Translations under genes and position numbers: made by a program | Notes under the pieces: generated by a model | What the model was told of the DNA's origin: nothing | What the model saw: only the letters and a program-made list of their open reading frames with translations | The model's database searches: none | NCBI RefSeq assembly: GCF_041916435.1 | Contig: NZ_JAYRZM010000007.1 | Location: 241,651-305,650, forward strand | From: Phenylobacterium sp. | Lineage (GTDB): Bacteria > Pseudomonadota > Alphaproteobacteria > Caulobacterales > Caulobacteraceae | Direction: 5' to 3' | DNA length: 64,000 nucleotides | Shown: positions 9,112-18,624 of the stretch, piece by piece | Layout of the letters: each line of letters opens with the position of its first letter | Position numbering within the stretch: position 1 is the stretch's first letter

Positions 9112-9183
9112 TTCAGGGGGCGGCGGCGCGGCGGATCAGGTGAGCGAAAGACTCGCTCGCTGCGCTTTAGGATGGTGCGGTCG

Positions 9184-9717
9184 ATGAAAGACGCGTTCCA
9201 GGACCAGGTCGTTGCATTGATTCCGAGGCTGCGCGCCTATGCGATGAGTCTGGCCGGCTCCAGCGCCGAGGCGGACGACATCGTGCAGGAAGCCTTGATG
9301 CGCGCCTGGCGCTTCCGCGACGGGTATCAGATGGGCACGAACCTGCGGGCGTGGCTCTACCGCATCGTGCGCAACGCCTTCTACACCCACGCCGCCAAGC
9401 GCAAGGACACCGTCGAGGACGTGGACGGCCGCTGGGCCGCGACCCTGTCCTGCACGCCGGAGCAGGAGTGGCGCGTGCAGTATGGCGAGCTCCTGCGCGC
9501 CCTGCGTCAGTTGAGCCCGGAGGCGCGCGACGCCCTGCTGCTCGTGGTCTCCTCGGGCCTGAGCTACCAGGAGGCCGCCGAGATCTGCGGCTGCGCCGTG
9601 GGCACGATGAAGAGCCGCGTCAACCGCGCCAGGAGCCGCCTGGCCAGGCTGATGGACCTCGATCCGGACGAGCCGTCGCGCCCGTCCGCCCAGTCGTCGC
9701 GCAGTCTCGTCGCGTGA
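9184..9717 (+). CDS. ECF sigma factor, EcfG/SigT-SigU-like group
   Basis: IPRLRAYAMSL, ADDIVQEAL, GTNLRAWLYRIVRN, GLSYQEAAEICGCAVGTMKSRVNRAR. Confidence 0.88.
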   Translation: MKDAFQDQVVALIPRLRAYAMSLAGSSAEADDIVQEALMRAWRFRDGYQMGTNLRAWLYRIVRNAFYTHAAKRKDTVEDVDGRWAATLSCTPEQEWRVQYGELLRALRQLSPEARDALLLVVSSGLSYQEAAEICGCAVGTMKSRVNRARSRLARLMDLDPDEPSRPSAQSSRSLVA

Positions 9718-9807
9718 CTTCGCCGCCGTTCGGAGCGTGCGCCCGGTCCGCGGCCGCCTGAAGCCTGATCCATCCGGCGCGGTTCGCGCCCGCACCCTGG
9801 AGCCTCG

Positions 9808-11223
9808 ATGTCCGAGAACCTCTACGCGCTCTTCGCCTCGCGCTTCCCGGCCGACCGGTCCGAACCCTGCTTCGTGCCGCCGGAAGGGCCGGCGATCAGC
9901 TATGGCGAGCTCGAGGCCGGGACCGGCCGGATCGCGGCGCTGTTGCGCGCCAAGGGCGTGAAGCCGGGCGACCGGATCGCCGTGCAGGCGCCCAAGAGCC
10001 CGCAGATGGTGATGCTCTACCTGGCGACCTTGCAGGTCGGCGCGGCCTTCCTGCCGCTCAACACCGCCTATACCGCCGCCGAGATCGAATACTTCCTGAA
10101 CGACGCCGAGCCGGTCCTCTTCGTGCGCGACGCCGCGGAGATCGCCGACGAGGCGCAGGCGCTCGAGTCGCTCGCCGAGATCACGCCGCGCGCGGCCTCG
10201 GACCTGGCGGCCATCCTCTACACCAGCGGCACGACGGGCCGCTCCAAGGGCGCGATGCTGAGCCACGGCAATCTGGCCGCCAACGCCCTGGCCCTGCACG
10301 AAGCCTGGGGCTTCACGCACGAGGACGTGCTGCTGCACGCCCTGCCGATCTTCCATGTCCACGGCCTGTTCGTCGCGCTCCACTGTTCGCTGCTGTCGGG
10401 CGGGCCGATGCTGTGGTTGGATAAATTCGACGAGGCCAAGGTGATCGCCGCCCTGCCGCGCGCCACCGTGATGATGGGCGTGCCGACCTTCTACGTGCGC
10501 CTGCTGGCCGATCCGGCCTTCACGCGGGAAGCGGCCGGTGGGATGCGCCTGTTCATCTCGGGCTCCGCGCCGTTGCTGGAATCGACCTTCGCCGAGTTCG
10601 AGGCCCGCACCGGCCAGCGGATCCTCGAGCGCTACGGCATGAGCGAGGCCGCGATCATCACCACCAATCCGCTGCACGGCGCGCGCGTGCCGGGCAGCGT
10701 GGGCTTTCCCTTGCCGGGCGTCAGCCTGCGCGTCGGCGGCGGCGCCGAGGTGGGCGTGCTGGAGATCAAGGGGCCCAGCGTCTTCTCCGGCTATTGGCGC
10801 ATGCCCGAGAAGACCGCCGAGGAGTTCACCGCCGACGGCTATTTCATCACAGGCGACGTGGGGCGGGTCGACGCCGACGGCCGCGTATGGATCTCCGGCC
10901 GGGCCAAGGACCTGATCATCTCGGGCGGCTTCAACGTCTATCCCAAGGAGGTGGAGCTGATCCTCGACGAGCTGGCCGGGGTTGTGGAGAGCGCCGTGAT
11001 CGGCGCGCCGCATCCCGACTTCGGCGAGGCGGTGGTCGCCATCGTCGTGGGGCGGAGCGACGAGGCGTCGATCATTTCCGGCGCGCGCGAACGCCTGGCC
11101 GCCTTCAAAGCGCCCAAGAAGGTTGTTTTCGTCACCGAGCTGCCGCGCAACACCATGGGCAAGGTGCAGAAGAATCGCCTGCGCGAGACCTATGCCGGCC
11201 TCTTCGCGCCCGTGCCCTCCTAG
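9808..11223 (+). CDS. matB: Malonyl-CoA synthetase (MatB-like acyl-CoA ligase)
   Basis: YTSGTTGRSKG, HALPIFHVHGLF, MGVPTFYVRL, ILERYGMSE, MGKVQKN. Confidence 0.85.
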   Translation: MSENLYALFASRFPADRSEPCFVPPEGPAISYGELEAGTGRIAALLRAKGVKPGDRIAVQAPKSPQMVMLYLATLQVGAAFLPLNTAYTAAEIEYFLNDAEPVLFVRDAAEIADEAQALESLAEITPRAASDLAAILYTSGTTGRSKGAMLSHGNLAANALALHEAWGFTHEDVLLHALPIFHVHGLFVALHCSLLSGGPMLWLDKFDEAKVIAALPRATVMMGVPTFYVRLLADPAFTREAAGGMRLFISGSAPLLESTFAEFEARTGQRILERYGMSEAAIITTNPLHGARVPGSVGFPLPGVSLRVGGGAEVGVLEIKGPSVFSGYWRMPEKTAEEFTADGYFITGDVGRVDADGRVWISGRAKDLIISGGFNVYPKEVELILDELAGVVESAVIGAPHPDFGEAVVAIVVGRSDEASIISGARERLAAFKAPKKVVFVTELPRNTMGKVQKNRLRETYAGLFAPVPS

Positions 11224-11377
11224 GAGCCCGCCAAGCGTGCATTCCGCGCCGTTGTCCGCCCGGAGAACGGCGATCACCGAGATGTAATCGTTGTGACGTC
11301 GCGCCGGGGATTGATTGTCGCCGAACGCGCTTATCACGCTCCTCACGTCGCGTGAGGATAACAGGAGGAGCCCAGCG

Positions 11378-11602
11378 ATGAAGACCATCACCGTCAAGCC
11401 GGTTCCCGGCGGTTGGGTGGTTGATCAGACGCCCGGCGGCATGCCGCTGATGTTCCTTGGCGGCGGGCGCGCGGAGCAGAAGGCGAGGGAGCTGGCGGAG
11501 CGCATATCGCGCAATGGAGAGGCCGCGGAGGTCGAGGTGCACGACCGTGGCGGCCGCCTGATCGGTCACTTCCGCTATGGCGCCGAGGCGCTGGGCGCCT
11601 GA
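11378..11602 (+). CDS. Small hypothetical protein (DUF2188-like)
   Basis: AGGAGG RBS; 74 aa with V.P..GGW.V and EV.VHDR.G.L pattern. Confidence 0.7.
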   Translation: MKTITVKPVPGGWVVDQTPGGMPLMFLGGGRAEQKARELAERISRNGEAAEVEVHDRGGRLIGHFRYGAEALGA

Positions 11603-11647
11603 CCGCTTCGGGATTTCGACGTCACGCCGCGCCCCTGGCGCCGGCGC

Positions 11648-13051
11648 TCAGCCCGCAACCTGCTGTTCGGAGGGCGCGCCGGTCGCGCGCAGGGCCGCCA
11701 CGAAGCCGTCGCGCCAGGCCGTGACGTCCTGAGTGGTCACGTTGTCCATCAGCGGCCGCCAGCGGGCCAGACGCTCTTCGCGGGTCATGGCCAGGCCCTT
11801 GCGGATCGCCTCCGACACGTCCTCGCGCCCGAACGGGTTGACGATCAGCGCTTCGGAGAGCTGGGCGGCGGCGCCGGCGAACTTCGACAGGATCAGCACG
11901 CCCGGATCGTCCGGATCCTGCGCGGCCACGTATTCCTTGGCCACCAGGTTCATCCCGTCGCGCAGCGGCGTGACCAAGCCGATCCGCGCCGCCCGGTAGA
12001 TGCCGGCGAGCTCGTCGCGGCGGTAGGTGCGATTGACGTAGCGGATCGGCACCCAGTCGACGCTGGCGAACTCGCCGTTGATGCGGCCCGCCACGGCGTC
12101 CAGGCGGCCGCGGATGTCCTGGTAGGCCTCCACCTCGTCGCGGCTCGGCGTGGCGATCTGCAGCAGGAACACCTTCTCGCGCTGGTCCGGGTTGTCGGCC
12201 AGGAACTGCTCGTAGGCGAGGAAGCGCTCCTCCAGCCCCTTGGAATAGTCCAGCCGGTCCACCCCGACGATCATCTGGCGGCCGGCCAGGCTTTCCTTCA
12301 TGCGGGCGAGCTGGCGCTGGCCTTCCGGGCTTTCGGCGGCCTTGGCGAAGTGGTCGGCGTCGAGGCCGATGGGGAAGGCGCCGAGCTGCGTTGTCTTGCC
12401 GAAGGCCTTGGCGACGCGCGTGGGGCCGACCGTGCCGCCGCCCTCCTTGATCACATAGTCCTCGAAGGCGGTCAGCGAATCCTCGGTCTGGAAGCCCACC
12501 AGATCGTAGGCGAACAGGGCCTCCACCAGCTCGCGGTGCTTGGGCAGGGTGGTCAGCAGCCGCCGCGCCGGCCAGGGGATGTGCAGGAAGAAGCCGATCC
12601 GGTTGCGCAGGCCCAGCTTGCGCAACTCGTTGGCCAGCGGGATCAGGTGATAGTCGTGCACCCAGACGAAGTCGTCCGGCTCGATCAGCGGGCGCACCGT
12701 CTCGGCGAAGCGGCGGTTGACCCGCGCATAGCCCGCGTCGAACGAGCGCTCGTAGGCCGTCAGGTCGATGCGATAGTGGAACAGCGGCCACAGCGTCTTG
12801 TTGGCGTAGCCATTGTAGTATTCCAGCCGGTCCTGCTCATCGAGGTCGACGGTCGCCACCGTCACCCCGCCGACGCGCTGGATGGCGATCTGGCCGGTGT
12901 AGTGGTCGGTGGTCTGCCCGCTCCATCCGAACCAGACGCCGGAATATTCGCGAAGCGCCGCGGCGAGCGCCATCGCCAGGCCGCCCACCGCGCCTCCGCC
13001 CTGCTCCAGGGGCGGGTTCACCCGGTTGGAGATGACGATCAGCCGGCTCAT
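11648..13051 (-). CDS. otsA: Trehalose-6-phosphate synthase
   Basis: SNRV, GGLA, WFGW, LWPLFHY, WVHDYHL, FFLHIPWP, VDRLDYSKG, RDGMNLVAKEY. Confidence 0.96.
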   Translation of the reverse strand: MSRLIVISNRVNPPLEQGGGAVGGLAMALAAALREYSGVWFGWSGQTTDHYTGQIAIQRVGGVTVATVDLDEQDRLEYYNGYANKTLWPLFHYRIDLTAYERSFDAGYARVNRRFAETVRPLIEPDDFVWVHDYHLIPLANELRKLGLRNRIGFFLHIPWPARRLLTTLPKHRELVEALFAYDLVGFQTEDSLTAFEDYVIKEGGGTVGPTRVAKAFGKTTQLGAFPIGLDADHFAKAAESPEGQRQLARMKESLAGRQMIVGVDRLDYSKGLEERFLAYEQFLADNPDQREKVFLLQIATPSRDEVEAYQDIRGRLDAVAGRINGEFASVDWVPIRYVNRTYRRDELAGIYRAARIGLVTPLRDGMNLVAKEYVAAQDPDDPGVLILSKFAGAAAQLSEALIVNPFGREDVSEAIRKGLAMTREERLARWRPLMDNVTTQDVTAWRDGFVAALRATGAPSEQQVAG

Positions 13052-13833
13052 TCGGCGGCCTCCGTCTCGTCGCGGCGCGCCAGCCGCCGCAGCCAGGCCA
13101 GCACCTCGTCCACGCTCGCCAGGCGGTGGGTGGCCCAGGTGTCGCGTGGCGGGCCGACGAGCACGCCGAAGCCGCCGGCCTCGACCGCCGCGCGGAAGGC
13201 GTCCTCGTCGGTCAGGTCGTCGCCCACGAACACCGGCGCCGCGCCCGCGAACGGCGGCTCGGCCATGAAGGCGGCGACCGCGTCGCCCTTGCTCGGCCCG
13301 GGCGTGCGCAGTTCGATCACGCAGTCGCCGTCCTGGCGCGACAGGCCCGTGGCGGCCGACAGCCGGCCGGCCAGATCGCGCACGGCCTCGGCCGCGCCCG
13401 GCGCGCGGCGAAAGTGCAGGGCCACGCTGAGCGCCTTGTCCTCCACCTCCAGGCCGCTGTCGGCGGCGGCGAAGGCCTGCAGCGCGCGCTTGGCCTCGAC
13501 GAGGGCCGGGTGGGCCGGCGACGACATCTGCCGGCCCAGCGCGGTGCGCCGCTCCAGCCCGTGCACCCCGGCCACCGCGGTGATGCTGTGGTCGAGAATG
13601 CGGTCGACGTCGGCAATGGTTCGTCCACTGACGATCGCCGCCCGCCCGTGCAACCGCCTGGCCACCTCGCCGAGCAGGACGTTGCGCTCGCTCACGGGGC
13701 CGACGGCGTGCGGCCGCGTCTCGATCGGCGCGAGCGTGCCGTCCACGTCGAGGAACAAGGCCATCCGGTCTGGGCCCGGCCAGTCGGCGTCCCGCTCGCG
13801 CGCCGCCTCGGAGATCGGGACGGGGCGCTTCAT
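13048..13833 (-). CDS. otsB: Trehalose-6-phosphate phosphatase
   Basis: HAD motifs FLDVDGTL, SGR, GVHGLE, SKG, FVGDDLTDEDAF; ATGA overlaps at both ends. Confidence 0.93.
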   Translation of the reverse strand: MKRPVPISEAARERDADWPGPDRMALFLDVDGTLAPIETRPHAVGPVSERNVLLGEVARRLHGRAAIVSGRTIADVDRILDHSITAVAGVHGLERRTALGRQMSSPAHPALVEAKRALQAFAAADSGLEVEDKALSVALHFRRAPGAAEAVRDLAGRLSAATGLSRQDGDCVIELRTPGPSKGDAVAAFMAEPPFAGAAPVFVGDDLTDEDAFRAAVEAGGFGVLVGPPRDTWATHRLASVDEVLAWLRRLARRDETEAAE

Positions 13834-15014
13834 AGCGTTGTCGGCGGCGGCTGCGGCGCCGGCGCGGCGACCAGTTTGAGGTGCGGGTAGGGGATCTCGA
13901 TCCCGTTGGCGTCGAAGGCCTGCTTGATGCGCTTGTTGTACTCGCGGCCCACGTTCCACTGCTGGATCGGCCGAGTCTTGATCCGGGCCTTGATCACCAC
14001 GCCGCTGTCGGCCAGCGAGTCCACGCCCACCACCTCGATGGGCTCCATGATGAACTCCGAATAGGCCGGGTCGGCCATCAGCTTGGCCCCGGTGTCGCGC
14101 ATCACCTCGATCGCCTTGTCGATGTCGGAGTCGTAGGAGATCTGCAGGTTGAACACGTAGTATGAGAAGCTCTTGGTCAGGTTGTGCACCACCTGGGCCT
14201 CGCTGTACGGGAAGACGTGCAAGGTGCCGTCGAAGTCGCGCAGGCGGATGGTGCGCAAGGTCATCTGCTCGACCAGCCCGCCGAAGCCGCCGATGTTGAC
14301 CACGTCGCCGACGGCGACGATGTCCTCGGCCAGCAGGAACACGCCGGTGATGAAGTCCTTCACCAGCGTCTGGGCGCCGAAGCCGACGGCGATGCCGACC
14401 ACGCCGGCGCCGGCCAGCAGGGGGCCGATCTGAACGCCGATCTCGGACATCACCATCAGGGCGCCGATGATGATGATCGCGGTCTGGGCCACGCCGCGCA
14501 TCAGCGGCGCCAAGGTGTTGAGCTGGGCCTTCTGCCGGCGGCGGGTGGCGTTCTCCAGCAGCCGGCCCACAAGCTGGTTGATCAGCAGGCCGGCGATCTC
14601 CATCGCCGCGAAGCTGATGACGATCAGGAAGGCGATGCGCAGCAGCGAGCGGACCAGCCGCTCGCCCAGTCCGCGCGACATCCAGGCGCCGACGTCGAAG
14701 CCCCAGATCCGGCAGACGACATAGACGGCCGCCAGCACCAGCGCCCCGTCGAACACGGTGACGGTGAAGCGCGCCACGCGACGGGTCCGCACGTGTTTTT
14801 CGGCGTCCGAGGGGCCGGGCAGGACGCTCGCGGCGCGGCGCAGGGCCGCCCTGACCAGGTGGGCCGCCAACACCGCGACGCCGACGACGCCCAGGCTGAG
14901 GGCGGAGTTGACCGCCAGCTCCAGCGGGCTGAGCTCCATCAGGTTGAGAATGAGGTCACGCGTGGCGTGGATAAGCTGTTCACTGGCGGTGGTCATTCGT
15001 TGTTCGTAGGTCAT
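13830..15014 (-). CDS. MscS-family mechanosensitive channel (YbiO-like)
   Basis: LLAGAGVVGIAVGFGAQTLVKDFITG, GDVV, IEIPYP; start uncertain. Confidence 0.9.
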   Translation of the reverse strand: MTYEQRMTTASEQLIHATRDLILNLMELSPLELAVNSALSLGVVGVAVLAAHLVRAALRRAASVLPGPSDAEKHVRTRRVARFTVTVFDGALVLAAVYVVCRIWGFDVGAWMSRGLGERLVRSLLRIAFLIVISFAAMEIAGLLINQLVGRLLENATRRRQKAQLNTLAPLMRGVAQTAIIIIGALMVMSEIGVQIGPLLAGAGVVGIAVGFGAQTLVKDFITGVFLLAEDIVAVGDVVNIGGFGGLVEQMTLRTIRLRDFDGTLHVFPYSEAQVVHNLTKSFSYYVFNLQISYDSDIDKAIEVMRDTGAKLMADPAYSEFIMEPIEVVGVDSLADSGVVIKARIKTRPIQQWNVGREYNKRIKQAFDANGIEIPYPHLKLVAAPAPQPPPTTL

Positions 15015-15349
15015 CGTTCTATCGGCCGCGCCCCCCGTTGCGCTCGTCGCTGAGCGGCGGCGCCTTCAATAACGCGCACAGGCCGTCGTGGGCGCCCACC
15101 TGCGCCGGTGAGGCGATCCCCATTGTCAACTGAAGATTGACGCAAAGCAAAAACCGAACCTCGACTCTCGTTCTCTGAATAGATTGCACACGGACGATCA
15201 GGATCGATCCAGTATCACGCAGTCGAGATAGCCCAGATTAGACGAAATTTCGACTTAAATGACCTTGTGTGGGCACCGAACCCGCGCGAATTGCATGGTT
15301 CGTGAGCTCGCGAAATTCCTATCACGGCCGCGCGCTCTTCGCGTTCGCC

Positions 15350-16444
15350 TCACGGAGGTGTGATGGTTCCCGAGGCCGGGTTTCGCGCCGGTTCGTCCAT
15401 GGCGGCCACATAGGCGCGGATGAGCGCCAGCCCTTCCTTGTGAACGATCGAACGGCCGAGCTCGGGCATCATCACCCCGGGTTCGACCGAAGCCATGCGG
15501 TAGACCAGGATCGAGCGGTCGGGACGCCCCGCGGCGATGTCCACCTCCAACTCGCCCGATCCGCGGCCGGCCGCCACCGGGCGCTTGTCCATGCCGCGGG
15601 CCGACGGGTTCTGCTCCTCCAGGTCCAGGAACAGGCCGCTGTTGCTCGCCGCGCCGGCCGGGTTGTGGCAGTGGCCGCAGTTGCCGTCGAGATAGGCGCG
15701 AGCCCGGTCGGCCAGCGGCTCGGCCGGATCGTCCCAGCGGGCCGTGCGAAGGATGGCGGCGGGCGAGGGCGCGCCCTCCAACAGGCCGGTCCGGCTCCAG
15801 TGCGCGATCTGGTTCTCCGCGCCGTCCGCATAGGCGTAGTCGCCGTTGAGGTTGCGGGCCTTGGGGCCGATCGGCGAGAGCACGCCGTTCAGCGAGTGGC
15901 ACTCCTTGCACTGGTTGGCGTTGGGCACGGCGTAGTCGATGGAGAGCGGCGCGCCGTCCTCGCCCACGGTCTCCACGTCCAGCCGCGCGCCCGCGCGCTT
16001 CAGCACGGCCTTGGTCTGCTCGGCGTTCCAGACATAGGCCTGGGCGGTCCAGCCCTCGGGCTTGCGGATCAGCAGCCGGGTCTCGACCAGGCGGACCTTC
16101 TCGCCGGGCCGGCGCAGGTCGGCGGGATAGGCGAACACCTTCACCAGGGCCGCGCCGACGGGGAAGTCCGGCAGGCCCTCGCCGGTGTAGCGCGCGCGGG
16201 CTCCCGGCGGGATGAAGACGTAGCGGGACTTCTCCGCGTAGTCGCTGAACAGCGGCGTGTTCAGCGCATAGGGCGTCACCCCGGCGTTCGGACGGCGTCC
16301 GCCGGCGTCGAGGAACAGGCGATAGGCGTCCAGGCTCGGCGCGGGATCGGCCGCGAGCAGGACGTCCAGCGCCACCGGCGCCGGCGCCGCGCCCAGCAGC
16401 CACGCGGCCGCCAGGGCCGCGGCCAGCGCCAGCGCCCGCCTCAC
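15350..16444 (-). CDS. SO2930-family diheme c-type cytochrome
   Basis: Signal peptide, YALNTPLFSDYAEK, ETRLL, CKECH and CGHCH, MMPELGRS; GTG 16444 overlaps upstream stop. Confidence 0.85.
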   Translation of the reverse strand: MRRALALAAALAAAWLLGAAPAPVALDVLLAADPAPSLDAYRLFLDAGGRRPNAGVTPYALNTPLFSDYAEKSRYVFIPPGARARYTGEGLPDFPVGAALVKVFAYPADLRRPGEKVRLVETRLLIRKPEGWTAQAYVWNAEQTKAVLKRAGARLDVETVGEDGAPLSIDYAVPNANQCKECHSLNGVLSPIGPKARNLNGDYAYADGAENQIAHWSRTGLLEGAPSPAAILRTARWDDPAEPLADRARAYLDGNCGHCHNPAGAASNSGLFLDLEEQNPSARGMDKRPVAAGRGSGELEVDIAAGRPDRSILVYRMASVEPGVMMPELGRSIVHKEGLALIRAYVAAMDEPARNPASGTITPP

Positions 16445-17664
16445 GATCCCAGCGCCGCCTGGGCGGGGGGCAGGCTGACGGCGGGCGGCTCGGGCAGGGG
16501 GCCGCTCCCCAGGGTCGGCGTCACTTCGGGCCTGGCCCGCTCCATCTCGCTCGGCGCCGGCAGGTTGAGGTTCATCACCGGGCCGTCGCTCAGCATCATC
16601 TGGCCGGCGCCCTCGGGGCTTTCGCCCGATCGGGGATCGACGGTGACCCCGTCCCACAGCACGGGCGGCAGCATGCCGCCGGCCGCGGCGGCCAGGTCGG
16701 CTCCGCCCGGGAACTGCGGGTTCCAGCCGTTGCGGCCGATCTTGTTGTCGCGCACCACGATCTGGCGCGGCAGCGGGTCGTAGTTGGCGTCGTCGAACGG
16801 CTGCTGATAGGCCACCAGCATCACCGCGGCGCTCTGGTTCTCGTCGATCTCGTTGGCGAAGACGTGCACGTCGCGGTTGGCCATCACCATCACGCCGGTG
16901 CCGGTGGGCACGCCGGCCACGATGTTGCCCTTCGGCGCGAAGTTCGGCGTGTCGTTCTGCACGACCTTGTTGTTGAACACGCGCGTCGAGTGGCCGCCCA
17001 TCTGCGGCAGGCCGGGCAGGTCGAACACCAGGATGCCGCCGGCGTTGTGCGTGGCGACGTTCTCGAACACGTCGGCGTTCATCGAGTTCTCGATCTCGAT
17101 GCCGGCCACGTTGAACTCGGCGTCGCTGCGCTTGAGCACGATGTTCTTCGACTGGCCCACGTAGATTCCGGCGTCGGAGGCGCCCTTCACCATCACCTTG
17201 TCGATCAGCACGTTGGTGGAGCTCACCGGATAGACGCCGTAGGCGCCGTTGGTCTCCTTCGGCCCGCCGGTCCATTCCACCCGCAGGTTCACGAAGCTGA
17301 TCTGGTCGACGCCCTTGGCCTTGATCCCGTCGCCCTTGGTGTCCTCCACCGCCAGGTCGCGCACGGTGACCCGGTTCGAGGTGACGAGCAGGCCTTCGCC
17401 CGCGCCCTTCTGGCCCGAAAAGCTCAGCACGGTCTTGTCCGGGCCGGCGCCGCGCACCGTCACGTCGTCCACGTCCAGCGACAGGCCGTCCACCAGCACG
17501 TAGCGGCCGGCGGCCAGGCGCACCACGTCGCCCGGCTTGGCGTCCAGCAGCGCGGTCTGCAGCGCCTCCTGGGCGTCCGCGCTGGGCGAGACCTTCAATG
17601 TCTTGGCTTCGGCGGCCTGGCTGACGAACGCCAGGGCGGCCGCGGCGAACGCGAGCCCCTTCAT
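16441..17664 (-). CDS. Secreted parallel beta-helix protein
   Basis: Signal peptide; NGAYGVYPV, GASDAGIYVGQS, NVAGIEIENS, GGILVFDLP; AGGAGG RBS. Confidence 0.87.
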   Translation of the reverse strand: MKGLAFAAAALAFVSQAAEAKTLKVSPSADAQEALQTALLDAKPGDVVRLAAGRYVLVDGLSLDVDDVTVRGAGPDKTVLSFSGQKGAGEGLLVTSNRVTVRDLAVEDTKGDGIKAKGVDQISFVNLRVEWTGGPKETNGAYGVYPVSSTNVLIDKVMVKGASDAGIYVGQSKNIVLKRSDAEFNVAGIEIENSMNADVFENVATHNAGGILVFDLPGLPQMGGHSTRVFNNKVVQNDTPNFAPKGNIVAGVPTGTGVMVMANRDVHVFANEIDENQSAAVMLVAYQQPFDDANYDPLPRQIVVRDNKIGRNGWNPQFPGGADLAAAAGGMLPPVLWDGVTVDPRSGESPEGAGQMMLSDGPVMNLNLPAPSEMERARPEVTPTLGSGPLPEPPAVSLPPAQAALGS

Positions 17665-17845
17665 GACCGTTTCCTCCTGTCCCGCGCCCTGAACGCGCGC
17701 GACGGCGTCTTTGCGCGCCGTACCCGCCAAGGTGGCGTCAAAGTGGCGGCGAAGGCAACGGCGAGTTTCCATACGCGCCTCGACGCGCGCCGGCGCGGCG
17801 CTATCCTGGCCCGAGCAAGACATGTTCAGTGAGGGAGACGTCGGG

Positions 17846-18616
17846 ATGGATCTGCAATTGAAGGGCAAGAAGGTGGTCGTCACCGGCGCGACCCGCGGCA
17901 TCGGCCGGGCGATCGCCGACCTGTTCGCCGACGAAGGCGCCGACGTCGCCATCTGCGCGCGCAACGAGGCCCAGGTGGCCGATGCGGTCGCCGCGCTCAA
18001 GGCCAAGGGGGTGAACGCCTTCGGCCGTTCCGTGGACATCGCCGACGGCGCGGCGCTGCGCGCCTTCGTCGCCGACGCGGGCGAGGCGCTCGGCGGGATC
18101 GACGTGCTGGTCTCCAACGCCAGCGCGCTGGTGCAGGGCGCGCGCGAGGAAGACTGGCGCGCCATGCTGGACATCGACGTGCTGGGCGCGGTGCGCACCT
18201 TCGAGGCGGCCCTGCCGTTCCTGGAGACGGCGGGCGAGGCGAACGGCGACGCCTGCTTCCTGATCACCTCGTCGGTCTCGGCGGCCGAGGCCTCCGCGCC
18301 CTCGGCCTACGGCGCGATGAAGGCCGCGCAGATCCACTTCGCCAAGGGCCTGGCCCGGCAGAACGCGCCCAAGAAGATCCGCTGCAACGTGGTCTCGCCC
18401 GGCACCGTCTTCTTCGAGGGCGGCGTGTGGGGCCAGGTGAAGGCCGGCATGCCCGACTTCTTCGCCCAGATGATCAAGCGCAACCCCACCGGGCGCATGG
18501 CCACGCCCGAGGAGATCGCCGCCGCCACGGTGTTTCTCGCCAGCCCGCGCTCGGCGTTCACCACCGGGATCAACATGGTCGTCGACGGCGCCATCAGCCA
18601 GCGCGCCAACTTCTAG
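17846..18616 (+). CDS. SDR family oxidoreductase
   Basis: TGATRGIG, YGAMK, NVVSPG, VDG. Confidence 0.92.
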   Translation: MDLQLKGKKVVVTGATRGIGRAIADLFADEGADVAICARNEAQVADAVAALKAKGVNAFGRSVDIADGAALRAFVADAGEALGGIDVLVSNASALVQGAREEDWRAMLDIDVLGAVRTFEAALPFLETAGEANGDACFLITSSVSAAEASAPSAYGAMKAAQIHFAKGLARQNAPKKIRCNVVSPGTVFFEGGVWGQVKAGMPDFFAQMIKRNPTGRMATPEEIAAATVFLASPRSAFTTGINMVVDGAISQRANF

Positions 18617-18624
18617 AGGCGACG

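Noticed and set aside
9808-11223. MatB looks somewhat short internally
   Set aside because: All adenylation motifs are present and there is no frameshift; not a pseudogene on this evidence.
11265-11292. GAAC...CGTT upstream of the small gene
   Set aside because: Spacer is 20 nt, too long for an EcfG promoter.
9136-11397. 753-aa minus-strand ORF
   Set aside because: Antisense to the ECF sigma and matB genes.
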